64,000 bases of DNA, taken from NCBI GenBank assembly GCA_049303795.1, contig JBAQNM010000005.1:35228-99227 (forward strand). The letters run 5' to 3'. The notes below the pieces were generated by a model. It made no database searches and was not told the origin of the DNA. It saw only the letters and a program-made list of their open reading frames with translations. A program made the translations under genes and the position numbers. Every line of letters begins with the position of its first letter. Position 1 is the stretch's first letter. Origin of the DNA: Candidatus Moraniibacteriota bacterium (GTDB taxonomy: Bacteria; Patescibacteriota; Minisyncoccia; Moranbacterales; UBA2206). Positions 1-8,379 of this stretch are shown here, in pieces.

Positions 1-511
1 GCACGGCTAAACCACCCCCACTAATCAATTGCCCGTAAACTTGATATTTTCGAATAAATTTTTCTCCTAATCCCAAAAGCACTATACCACTAATAATCCC
101 GATCATCACTCGCCCTATTTCACCAATCCAATTATTATCAAAGGCGTATTTGAGAAAAAAAGAAATTCCTAAAACAAGAGCAACCATTCCAATTCTAGCA
201 AACCACTTTCCGCCAATATTCTCTTCTAAATTAGACCTCTTATCTTCTTTTTGTTTTTGTTCTGGCCACATCGAAACAGGTGTCTGATAATCCATATTAC
301 CAGATGATGGAATGTAAGCCGGCGCCGGTGGTGGTGAAACTGGAATTCCCATATTAACAAAAGATTGTGGCATTTCCTTACTAACCCCTATTTCAAGCTT
401 GCTAATTTTAGCGTCTTGCTCATCCAATCTTTGGGCTAATTGCACTATAGCCTGACGAATGTTCTCCAGATTTTGAGAAATTTCGTCTTTTCCATTTTCT
501 TCTTGAGACAT
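1..511 (-). CDS. Partial CDS running off the window start: polytopic membrane protein, possibly DUF2339-like
   Basis: Reverse-strand ATG at 511-509 opens a frame with no stop to position 1. Hand translation MSQEENGKDEISQNLENIRQAIVQLAQRLDEQDAKISKLEIG... gives a coiled N-terminus, a Pro-rich linker (PVSPPPAPAYIP), then hydrophobic helices. Not in the ORF track because the stop lies outside the window. Confidence 0.45.
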   Translation of the reverse strand, partial: MSQEENGKDEISQNLENIRQAIVQLAQRLDEQDAKISKLEIGVSKEMPQSFVNMGIPVSPPPAPAYIPSSGNMDYQTPVSMWPEQKQKEDKRSNLEENIGGKWFARIGMVALVLGISFFLKYAFDNNWIGEIGRVMIGIISGIVLLGLGEKFIRKYQVYGQLISGGGLAV

Positions 512-542
512 ATTTATATACAAAATTAAATTATAACTTATA

Positions 543-992
543 TTAAAAAATAAGACTTCCAGTTCCCCACATAAACCAGAATGAAATTATTAAAAATGGA
601 ACAAGTAGAAATCTACTTATAAAACCATAAAAAATAAATCGTCTTCTATTAAACAAATAACCTGCTATAAAAATTTCAACAATAAAAATAATCATAAACA
701 CAAAACCTAACTCCAAGGTGAGTGCCTCAATAAAAGAAGGAACAAAAAGGCCAAATAAAAAATCTTTCCATTTTTCGGAAGATTTATGATAAGTAATTTT
801 AGCTTTAAAATCCCAAAAATCAATCATTCCAGAAGCCTGCTTTTGCAATTCTCCAGTGCTAGAATAAACATAATCAATCGCTTCTAAAATACTCCCTTCT
901 GGATGAGCAGCTTTTTTTAATTCCTCAATTAAAACTTCCTTTGGATAAGAATTTTTATTTTGTTCAAGATAATTAACTATATTTTGATCCAT
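543..992 (-). CDS. Hypothetical membrane protein (C-terminal hydrophobic helices)
   Basis: 149-aa ORF. The C-terminal half is strongly hydrophobic (FVPSFIEALTLELGFVFMIIFIVEIFIAGYLF...). No recognisable catalytic motif. Confidence 0.5.
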   Translation of the reverse strand: MDQNIVNYLEQNKNSYPKEVLIEELKKAAHPEGSILEAIDYVYSSTGELQKQASGMIDFWDFKAKITYHKSSEKWKDFLFGLFVPSFIEALTLELGFVFMIIFIVEIFIAGYLFNRRRFIFYGFISRFLLVPFLIISFWFMWGTGSLIF

Positions 993-1022
993 GCTTTTCT
1001 AAAAAATAGCTGTAACAAAAAA

Positions 1023-1268
1023 TTAATAATAACTTTTAGCCAAATTTTCCAATATTTTTTTCAGAACTTTATCTGTATAAATATCATACTTACGTGTTGC
1101 GTCTTTAATGTGATCCTCAGCCCATTCAAGATCTTTGTTGATCATATACTCAAAATCCTTTTCAACCTTATCAAGTGCGTTTTTTAACTCCCCTTCTTCT
1201 TCGGGAGTTAAATCCTTCTTGTGTTTTACAGCTTCAATTATAGTTTGTGCTAAATTAGATTGCATCAT
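1023..1268 (-). CDS. Hypothetical small charged protein
   Basis: 81-aa ORF, Lys/Glu-rich and helical-looking. Same strand and tightly spaced with its neighbours. Confidence 0.4.
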   Translation of the reverse strand: MMQSNLAQTIIEAVKHKKDLTPEEEGELKNALDKVEKDFEYMINKDLEWAEDHIKDATRKYDIYTDKVLKKILENLAKSYY

Positions 1269-1292
1269 ATGATTATAAATAAATTTTAAAAA

Positions 1293-1571
1293 TTACAACA
1301 AATTTAAATTCTTACGTAATCTGCGCAGTTCTTCTTCCTTAGATGAATCTTCTTGCGTCACCCTCTCTAGACGCTTCTTTTTTCCATCCAATTCAACTCG
1401 GACACGATCTGCGTCTCTGGTTAATTTTCTGATATCCATATCTAATTGACCTTTTTCATTAGTTAATCTTCTCTTATCGGACTCAATAATCAATATCTCC
1501 ATTTGAATTCGTCTTTTTTGACTTTCTTTGGCAGCCACATCTTGACCACCTGAAATTTTTTGCGTATACAT
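1293..1571 (-). CDS. Hypothetical coiled-coil protein
   Basis: 92-aa ORF, highly charged with heptad-like R/K/E/L pattern (RLERVTQEDSSKEEELRRLRKNL). Packed 14 nt upstream of mnmA on the same strand. Confidence 0.4.
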   Translation of the reverse strand: MYTQKISGGQDVAAKESQKRRIQMEILIIESDKRRLTNEKGQLDMDIRKLTRDADRVRVELDGKKKRLERVTQEDSSKEEELRRLRKNLNLL

Positions 1572-1585
1572 ATTTATCTTTGATT

Positions 1586-2659
1586 TTATCTTATTATCCC
1601 TCCACCCAATATTTCTCCATTTTTATCATAAAACACCGCCGATTGACCTTGCGAAACTGCTCTTTGCGGTTTTTTAAATTCTAGCATATAATTTTTTCCT
1701 GTTTTATTTATTTTTATTATAGCATATTCCAAAAAACTATGGTAACGAATTCTCACTAAAACCGTTAATGGTAATTTAGGGCAATCATCTATCCAGGAAA
1801 TTTGCTTTAAGTTGATTTTAGTTTTAGAAAGTGCCTCATGTATTGAGTTATTTGTCACAATCAATGTGTTTTTTTTCAAATTTTTGTTCACTACAAAATA
1901 TGGTCCAGATCCTCCGATATTAATACCTTTACGTTGTCCGTTGGTATAAAGTAATAGTCCTCGATGTTCACCGATAACAACACCTTCCGTATTCATTATT
2001 TTACCCTTTTTTAATTGAACATTTTTAGCCAAAAATTCCTCCAAATCATTATCATCCATAAAACAAACGTCTTGCGATTCTTCTTTGTTAAAAACTGGCA
2101 AATTAAAATTTTTAGCTAACTCACGAATTTTTTCTTTCGTATAATCGCCCAAAGGTAACAAAATTTTGGCTAATTGCTCTTGCTTTAATCTATAAAGAAA
2201 ATATGATTGATCTTTTTTTTCATCCTTTGCTTGGAATAGGCCATATCTTAATTTTCCTTTTTTGTTTATTCTTTTTATTTTAGCATAATGTCCAGTTGCT
2301 ATATAATCTATTTTTAATTCTTTAGCAGCTTTCAATAATAACTTAAATTTAATATGTTCGTTGCAAAAAATACAAGGATTTGGCGTCCTTCCTTTGGAAT
2401 ATTCATCTAAAAAATATTTAATTACTTTTTTTCTAAATTTTAATTTTGCATCAATAATTTTCAAGGGAACATTTAAAATCTTACAGATTTCTTTTGCATC
2501 AGCCAATGATTTATTTGCTTTATCTTGTTTTTCAGACAATAACAAAAAAGCTGCCTCAACATGGTAGCCATTTGCCTTGAGTAATGCTAGAGTCACAGCA
2601 GAATCTACACCACCAGAAATTCCAACTAAAATTTTCTTCCTATCTTTTTTTTCTAACAT
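1586..2659 (-). CDS. mnmA: tRNA-specific 2-thiouridylase MnmA
   Basis: PP-loop motif ILVGISGGVDSAV at the N-terminus. Conserved CIFCNEHIKF region and C-terminal beta-barrel region typical of MnmA/TrmU. 357 aa. Confidence 0.9.
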   Translation of the reverse strand: MLEKKDRKKILVGISGGVDSAVTLALLKANGYHVEAAFLLLSEKQDKANKSLADAKEICKILNVPLKIIDAKLKFRKKVIKYFLDEYSKGRTPNPCIFCNEHIKFKLLLKAAKELKIDYIATGHYAKIKRINKKGKLRYGLFQAKDEKKDQSYFLYRLKQEQLAKILLPLGDYTKEKIRELAKNFNLPVFNKEESQDVCFMDDNDLEEFLAKNVQLKKGKIMNTEGVVIGEHRGLLLYTNGQRKGINIGGSGPYFVVNKNLKKNTLIVTNNSIHEALSKTKINLKQISWIDDCPKLPLTVLVRIRYHSFLEYAIIKINKTGKNYMLEFKKPQRAVSQGQSAVFYDKNGEILGGGIIR

Positions 2660-2823
2660 ATCACTGTTTCAATTCATTTCCCGCAGGATTAAGCATTTTT
2701 GATTTGGGTGCTGCTTCTAAGATCTCATCCCCAACAGACAAAACTTTCCAAATCATCAAAAATCCCATAATAAGCATTAGAATAATAAGTAGATAATTAT
2801 AATTACTTTGATTAAAATTAAAG

Positions 2824-4689
2824 TTATTCATTATTTTTATTTTTACTTTTATTAATCAAATCTCTAATACCTTCCGAATCAATATTGAGTGGCCTTTTTG
2901 GAGTTTTAAATTTCTTTGGGGCTATATTAGAAATTTGATTAAGACTAATCGTTTTATTATTATAAATTTGGCCCTTTGATTCAAATTTATCAGGAGTTTC
3001 ATTTAATTCTTCCTCTGTTTTCCTGCTAACTACAGACACTGGATCAGGAGCCTCGATTACTTTTTTTTTACTTTCCTGCTCTGTCATCGCTCTTGCCTTA
3101 ATGCGTTGATATTCCTTAAGACATTCCTTGCAAAAAGTTTTACGACTAGGATCAGGCTTGAAAGGAACGGTAATTTTTTCGTCACAAGTATAACAAGTCG
3201 CTTCGAATAATTCCATTTGCGGTTTAATTTCATTTTGAATAAAAGTTTTTTCCGATTGTTTATTTTCCTGAGCTCTCATTTCCTGAGGAATTTGCTGTTG
3301 TTGTTTTGTTTCCGTATTTATGTAGGTTACCTTTTCTGCTGGCCTAATAATTGTCTCCGTTTGATTATTTCGTAAAATATTATTTTCCCCATCAAAACAC
3401 TCCATCCCGCTCCAACGTGCAATTTTATCTGCCACTTCTATGCTTGATTTTCCATATCGTTCACGGGAAATAGCTATTACCTTTTCAACATTCATATCCG
3501 TATCAGAAAGGTCGACCGGCAATAAAGTTCTGGCAGAAAAAGCGTCTCCGGCAATTCCGTCAATCATTAATTTCAGATAAATATCATACTTAGATAGATT
3601 GATAATATCATTCATTAAAAAAACTGGATCAAATTCTTTTTCTAAAGCTTCCGCATCTTCCGCTCCAACTCGAAAAGTCACCATAGTACCAACATTACCA
3701 AAAATGGCGTCCTTAACTGTCGCATTACCATCAAAAATTAATTGATTAATGTATTGATGAGCCAATATTAAACACAAGCGATATTTTCTAGCTTCAGATA
3801 AGATATTAGCAAAAGACTCTGTGGCAAAATTTTGAAATTCATCAACATATAAATAAAAATCCTTACGCTCTTCTTCAGGAACATCTACGCGACTCATTGC
3901 TGCCAATTGAATCTTAGTTATAATCATGCCTCCAAGTAAGCGCATTGCATCTTCTCCCATCCTACCCTTAGACAAATTAACAATTAAAATTTTCTGATTA
4001 TCCATAATCTCACGCATATCAATTGTTGATTTTGGCTGACCAATAATATGCCTCACTAAAGTATAAGACAAAAATTGTCCAACTTTATTTTGGATTGCTG
4101 CCACTGCTTCTTTTCTAAATTTATCATCCCACTTATCAAATTCGTTAATCCAAAAAGCTTTCACCACCGGATCAGTTATTTTTGTATAAATTCTTTTCCT
4201 GAAATTAGCATCAGACATCATACGATTTACCCCCAATAGTGTTGAACCAGGATAATCCAAAAGTGCTAGAATAGCATTATTTAAAATATACTCCATGCGA
4301 GAGCTCCAAACATCCGGCCAGATTTTTTTGAAAACGCCCATCATTCCCGATGCAATAAGATTTTTTTTGTCCGGATCAACTGCTTCCAAAATATTGAAGG
4401 CCACTGGAAATTCAGTATCTGATGGATTAAAATACACAACGTCATTAATGCGATTATTTGGAATTGCTTTCAGCATTTTTTCGGCGAATTCGCCGTGAGG
4501 ATCAACAACACAAAGTCCCTTTCCATTGCGAATATCTTGAATCGCCATATTTTCCAAAAGACTAGATTTTCCCATACCAGTTTTTCCGATAATATACATG
4601 TGCCTTCTGCGATCATCTTCTTTAATACCAAAAATCCGCTCTTGATTTCGAAAGTTTGTTTTGGCAAAAAAATTAATATTACTATTCAT
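2824..4689 (-). CDS. P-loop ATPase of the TraD/VirD4/HerA-FtsK superfamily (type IV secretion/coupling-protein-like DNA-translocase family) with a C-terminal zinc ribbon
   Basis: Walker A IIGKTGMGKSS followed by VVDPHGEF. Walker B-like FYLYVDEFQNF. Conserved AHQY and Arg-finger-like region. C-terminal CYTCDEKI...FCKECL CxxC..CxxC ribbon. No N-terminal TM segments. Confidence 0.6.
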   Translation of the reverse strand: MNSNINFFAKTNFRNQERIFGIKEDDRRRHMYIIGKTGMGKSSLLENMAIQDIRNGKGLCVVDPHGEFAEKMLKAIPNNRINDVVYFNPSDTEFPVAFNILEAVDPDKKNLIASGMMGVFKKIWPDVWSSRMEYILNNAILALLDYPGSTLLGVNRMMSDANFRKRIYTKITDPVVKAFWINEFDKWDDKFRKEAVAAIQNKVGQFLSYTLVRHIIGQPKSTIDMREIMDNQKILIVNLSKGRMGEDAMRLLGGMIITKIQLAAMSRVDVPEEERKDFYLYVDEFQNFATESFANILSEARKYRLCLILAHQYINQLIFDGNATVKDAIFGNVGTMVTFRVGAEDAEALEKEFDPVFLMNDIINLSKYDIYLKLMIDGIAGDAFSARTLLPVDLSDTDMNVEKVIAISRERYGKSSIEVADKIARWSGMECFDGENNILRNNQTETIIRPAEKVTYINTETKQQQQIPQEMRAQENKQSEKTFIQNEIKPQMELFEATCYTCDEKITVPFKPDPSRKTFCKECLKEYQRIKARAMTEQESKKKVIEAPDPVSVVSRKTEEELNETPDKFESKGQIYNNKTISLNQISNIAPKKFKTPKRPLNIDSEGIRDLINKSKNKNNE

Positions 4690-4701
4690 ATGATTTTTAT
4701 A

Positions 4702-5976
4702 TTATTCAATGGGTAGATTAGCAGGGGCCACTCCAAGTCTGGAGGTTGTTTGTGAAATAGCAGGAGATTTAACTGTAATATTAGGAAAGTGATACATTGT
4801 TGCCAATTCCTTAGTAGAAAGGATTAGATTATACCCATCCATATTCCTTCTGCGATATCGATCATATATTTTTCGTTTGCGGAAATCAGCTCTTTGTTTT
4901 GTGAAAAAAATTGTACCAGCTGTTTTACTAACTGCCTCTGGCTTTACTTGATTCAAATTCAAATCATTAAATTGTTTGATTGCGCCAATAAAAGCACCAC
5001 AATAAGCCTTATCAAAACCATCTCTTTTTCCGATATAAATCATACGCATTTTTGTTTTGAAAAAATTTTTTCCTAAATTTTCCTCTACTGCCTTAAGAGT
5101 TTCTCTTTCTACGGGCGAAAGACGCATATCCAAAGGCTGCTCTTCTTTTTTAGCAGAAACCGTTTTAAATTCTACTGGACCTGATAAGGCTGCAAAAAGA
5201 TTTGAAAAAATATCTAATAAATGATCAAGAAAACCCATTGGAGCAGATACTGTTCTGCCTTTTAATTTATCAAGTAGCGCTTTTCCACCTTTAATTGATT
5301 CGCCCTCCTGAATCGGTGTAGACATATACTGTAGCCAGATGTGCTGACCTGGCCCAAGCGTTCCTAATTGCTCAACAAGTGCTGCCATCGGATCAATCAT
5401 TTCTCCTGTAATACTTTCCTCGAATTGGTCATAAGTCTTAATTGGATAATAAGGATCTTTTTGCACAAAATCAAAATCAGTGCCCCACAAATCCCAATCG
5501 CGATTAGGAACAATCTTGGGAAATTTATTATAATAATCCTCTACTTCTAAAATTTGCGCCTCAGGAAATTGAGCATAAATCTGTGCTTCAACCATATTGC
5601 GCCGACTCTTAACGGTTCGAATATAATAATGCACCCGACCTTCTTCTCCTACCAATTCAAAACTAAACGGATCCTGCCTAAAGAATCCGCCTATTTTTTC
5701 ATCAAAAGGATTGGGTGTCATAATAACACCAGCTAGTCCTGTAAAAAATATCTCCATCGGTTTTGGTCCTCGCTCCACATCTCGTGGCGGAATAATCTCC
5801 AGCATTGTCCAGTTATACTTACTGTTATAAGAATTGTCAGCGTAAATAGCAACGTATTCAAACCACATGACATCAAAGATGTACCAAAGAGGCCAAACTA
5901 GAATCGCCCACCAAGCATAATAAAAAACCGTTCCAAAAGATTTAAATACTTCAAAAAAATTTACTGAAATATCCAT
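4702..5976 (-). CDS. Hypothetical N-terminally membrane-anchored protein, co-operonic with the ATPase
   Basis: 424-aa ORF with two N-terminal hydrophobic helices (TVFYYAWWAILVWPLWYIFDVMWF) then a soluble domain. Only 12 nt upstream of the ATPase gene on the same strand. Confidence 0.55.
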   Translation of the reverse strand: MDISVNFFEVFKSFGTVFYYAWWAILVWPLWYIFDVMWFEYVAIYADNSYNSKYNWTMLEIIPPRDVERGPKPMEIFFTGLAGVIMTPNPFDEKIGGFFRQDPFSFELVGEEGRVHYYIRTVKSRRNMVEAQIYAQFPEAQILEVEDYYNKFPKIVPNRDWDLWGTDFDFVQKDPYYPIKTYDQFEESITGEMIDPMAALVEQLGTLGPGQHIWLQYMSTPIQEGESIKGGKALLDKLKGRTVSAPMGFLDHLLDIFSNLFAALSGPVEFKTVSAKKEEQPLDMRLSPVERETLKAVEENLGKNFFKTKMRMIYIGKRDGFDKAYCGAFIGAIKQFNDLNLNQVKPEAVSKTAGTIFFTKQRADFRKRKIYDRYRRRNMDGYNLILSTKELATMYHFPNITVKSPAISQTTSRLGVAPANLPIE

Positions 5977-6025
5977 TTATTTTTTATTTTTAAGCTTATC
6001 TTTTTTAAAACTAAAAATCGAATTT

Positions 6026-7084
6026 TTATCTTTTCAAGCTATACCATTCTCCTTTTCGATTAAATAATTTAGCATTATTTAAATTGATTGCGATTGTTGC
6101 TTTTTTCACTTTTCGCAACTTAAGGACTTCTTGCATAATATCATCTTGTCTTATTGGTTTTCCGTTTTTTTCTAAAATATTTTTCAAAACATCTTTAATT
6201 GCTCCTTTATAATAACCCCATTCACTAAGCGCGTAAATACCCCTTCCAATCAAAACAAACCTGTCGTCCTTGATTAGCTCATTGTGTATAGTTTGCGGGT
6301 GAGCTTTTTTAGCACCTAATTTATGCTTATCAATTAATTTTGTAATTTGCGTAAAATGCAATGGACTGCCTTCTTCTTTTAAAATAAGATAGATTTTCTC
6401 TCTGCTACCGCGAGGATTTATCTCTGGCCAGTCGTGTAAACCCCATTTTTTAAACTGATTACTTTTAACCTTGATTGAGCTTTCTAAAAAATTTAATATT
6501 AGTTTTTTAGAACAATTTGGAAATATAACTGATAATTTTTTAAAAATTTCATCACTAGTCAGTGTCTTCTTTTCTTTTTTCAAGATGTTCTCAGCTTCAG
6601 CAATAACCATTTTTGCTTGACCTAGAATTTCCTTTGAAATTACCCATGATCTTTCAATAATGGTTTTTTCAAAAACAACATGTATTCTTTTGGAATGATT
6701 AACCAAAAAACGCAAAGCATTCTCTTCTCTTGCTAATTTCTTTTGATTCAAATGCGAAACAGCATTGTCCTCTTTTACTATACCACAATTATCCTCAATC
6801 GTAAAAATAAAAATATTTTCAATCTCTCTGAATTCTGCTTCATCACACTTTTTGGCAATATGCTTTTTATAATCAGTGATAATTTGACGTACACGCTCCC
6901 TTGTGACCTTGTGGTCATTTCCAATTTTATCCAAAGTTTGCACGGAAAAATTATCAGCTAAACCAAATCGCTGTTTAAAGATATTTTGTGCTCGCTCTGG
7001 GAAATGAGCCAATAAACTCATTGCCACATTGAAAAATTCAATATTTTCAGCTTTATTAAGCTCTTTTTTAAATTTTGGCTCCAT
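6026..7084 (-). CDS. Putative transcription regulator: sigma-70 region-4-like HTH plus C-terminal HARE-HTH-like winged helix
   Basis: N-terminal ERAQNIFKQRFGL..FSVQTLDKIGNDHKVTRERVRQIITDYKKHI matches the sigma70 region 4 consensus (RFGL...TLEEIG...VTRERIRQIE). C-terminal GSPLHFTQITKLI...HPQTIHNELIKDDRFVLIGRGIYALSEWGY matches the HARE-HTH pattern (G.P..F.EI...I...P..TV...L..D.RF...GRG.Y.L.EW). Confidence 0.6.
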   Translation of the reverse strand: MEPKFKKELNKAENIEFFNVAMSLLAHFPERAQNIFKQRFGLADNFSVQTLDKIGNDHKVTRERVRQIITDYKKHIAKKCDEAEFREIENIFIFTIEDNCGIVKEDNAVSHLNQKKLAREENALRFLVNHSKRIHVVFEKTIIERSWVISKEILGQAKMVIAEAENILKKEKKTLTSDEIFKKLSVIFPNCSKKLILNFLESSIKVKSNQFKKWGLHDWPEINPRGSREKIYLILKEEGSPLHFTQITKLIDKHKLGAKKAHPQTIHNELIKDDRFVLIGRGIYALSEWGYYKGAIKDVLKNILEKNGKPIRQDDIMQEVLKLRKVKKATIAINLNNAKLFNRKGEWYSLKR

Positions 7085-7179
7085 TTATTATTTCTATTTA
7101 GTTAGTTTAGACTTCCGCAAATACTAGCACATATTCAATAAATTTGTCAAGCTTTTATCATTCATGCTATTCTTTTCAC

Positions 7180-8259
7180 ATGAAATATCTACATGCCCTA
7201 AATAAAATCGAAGGTGTCGGTTCAAGAAAAATAAAAAAATTATTGACCTTTTTTAATAGTCAAGAAAATATTTGGAATGCCAATATCTCTGATTTAAAAA
7301 CTGCCTTAGGTGAAAATAAATTGGCGGAAAAAATTTTTAATGAAAAATCAAAGATCGATCCTGACTATGAGTGGGTTAAATTGGAAAAAGAAAATATTCG
7401 CATAATTAAACTCTCTGACCCTGAATATCCCGCTCTTCTTAAAGAAATCCACAATCCACCATATCTCATATACACAAGAGGGAAACTTGATTTTAATCAA
7501 CACCCAACTATTGCTATTGTTGGCTCACGAAAATATTCTTCTTACGGAGCGCAAATTGCCGCTAATTTTTCTCGCGACCTTACAAACGCCGGATTTATCA
7601 TTGTCAGTGGATTAGCATTGGGTATTGATGCAATTGCACATAGAAACGCATTAGATACGAATGGAAAAACAATTGCTGTTTTAGGTAGCAGTATCGATAA
7701 TCAAAATATTTATCCTCGTGCTAATTATCAACTAGCGCAAGATATTATCTTTAAAGATGGATTACTCTTAAGCGACTACCCGCCAGAAACACCAGCTTCA
7801 AGCTTTACTTTTCCCGCTCGTAATCGTCTAATTGCCGGCCTATCTCTAGGAACGCTTATTATTGAAGCAGGAGAAAAGAGTGGCGCACTTATTACTGCTC
7901 GCATGGCGCTCGAAAATAACCGTGAAGTCTTTGCTATTCCTGGCTCTATTTTTTCAGAAAATTCTATCGGCACTAACAATCTAATTAAAAATGGCGCGAA
8001 ATTAGTAACCAATCTAGGCGATATCTTGGAAGAATTAAACTTTTCACTAGAAGAAAAAATCGAAGCTAAGCCTTCAAAAATAGCCGAAAATAAAGAAGAG
8101 GAAGTTTTATTAACTATTCTCTCTGGCAAACCAACTCACATTGACAATATCGGAAAACTATCTAAACTAGGAACTGCCACTACGACATCTGTTCTTACAA
8201 TGATGGAAATTAAAGGCTGGACAAAAAATGTTGGTGGGCAAAATTATATTCTTTTGTAA
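7180..8259 (+). CDS. dprA: DNA processing protein DprA (Smf)
   Basis: Rossmann-like core AIVGSRKYSSYGAQIAANFSRDLTNAGFIIVSGLALGIDAIAHRNAL typical of DprA. The track ORF starts at TTG 7144. The in-frame ATG at 7180 (MKYLHALNKIEGVG...) is the preferred start. Confidence 0.85.
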   Translation: MKYLHALNKIEGVGSRKIKKLLTFFNSQENIWNANISDLKTALGENKLAEKIFNEKSKIDPDYEWVKLEKENIRIIKLSDPEYPALLKEIHNPPYLIYTRGKLDFNQHPTIAIVGSRKYSSYGAQIAANFSRDLTNAGFIIVSGLALGIDAIAHRNALDTNGKTIAVLGSSIDNQNIYPRANYQLAQDIIFKDGLLLSDYPPETPASSFTFPARNRLIAGLSLGTLIIEAGEKSGALITARMALENNREVFAIPGSIFSENSIGTNNLIKNGAKLVTNLGDILEELNFSLEEKIEAKPSKIAENKEEEVLLTILSGKPTHIDNIGKLSKLGTATTTSVLTMMEIKGWTKNVGGQNYILL

Positions 8260-8379
8260 ATTTATACTATACTATAAAAAGAATCACTTTTTAACAAAAG
8301 AGAAGTTGTCCCAGAAAATTGTCAACCAACTTAATAATTAGCAAAATTAAATCAATTAAATCCTAAGTTTTAAAAAATT

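Noticed and set aside
7144-7179. Track TTG start for dprA
   Set aside because: The in-frame ATG at 7180 gives a conventional N-terminus. The upstream extension is Cys/His/Tyr-rich low-complexity sequence.
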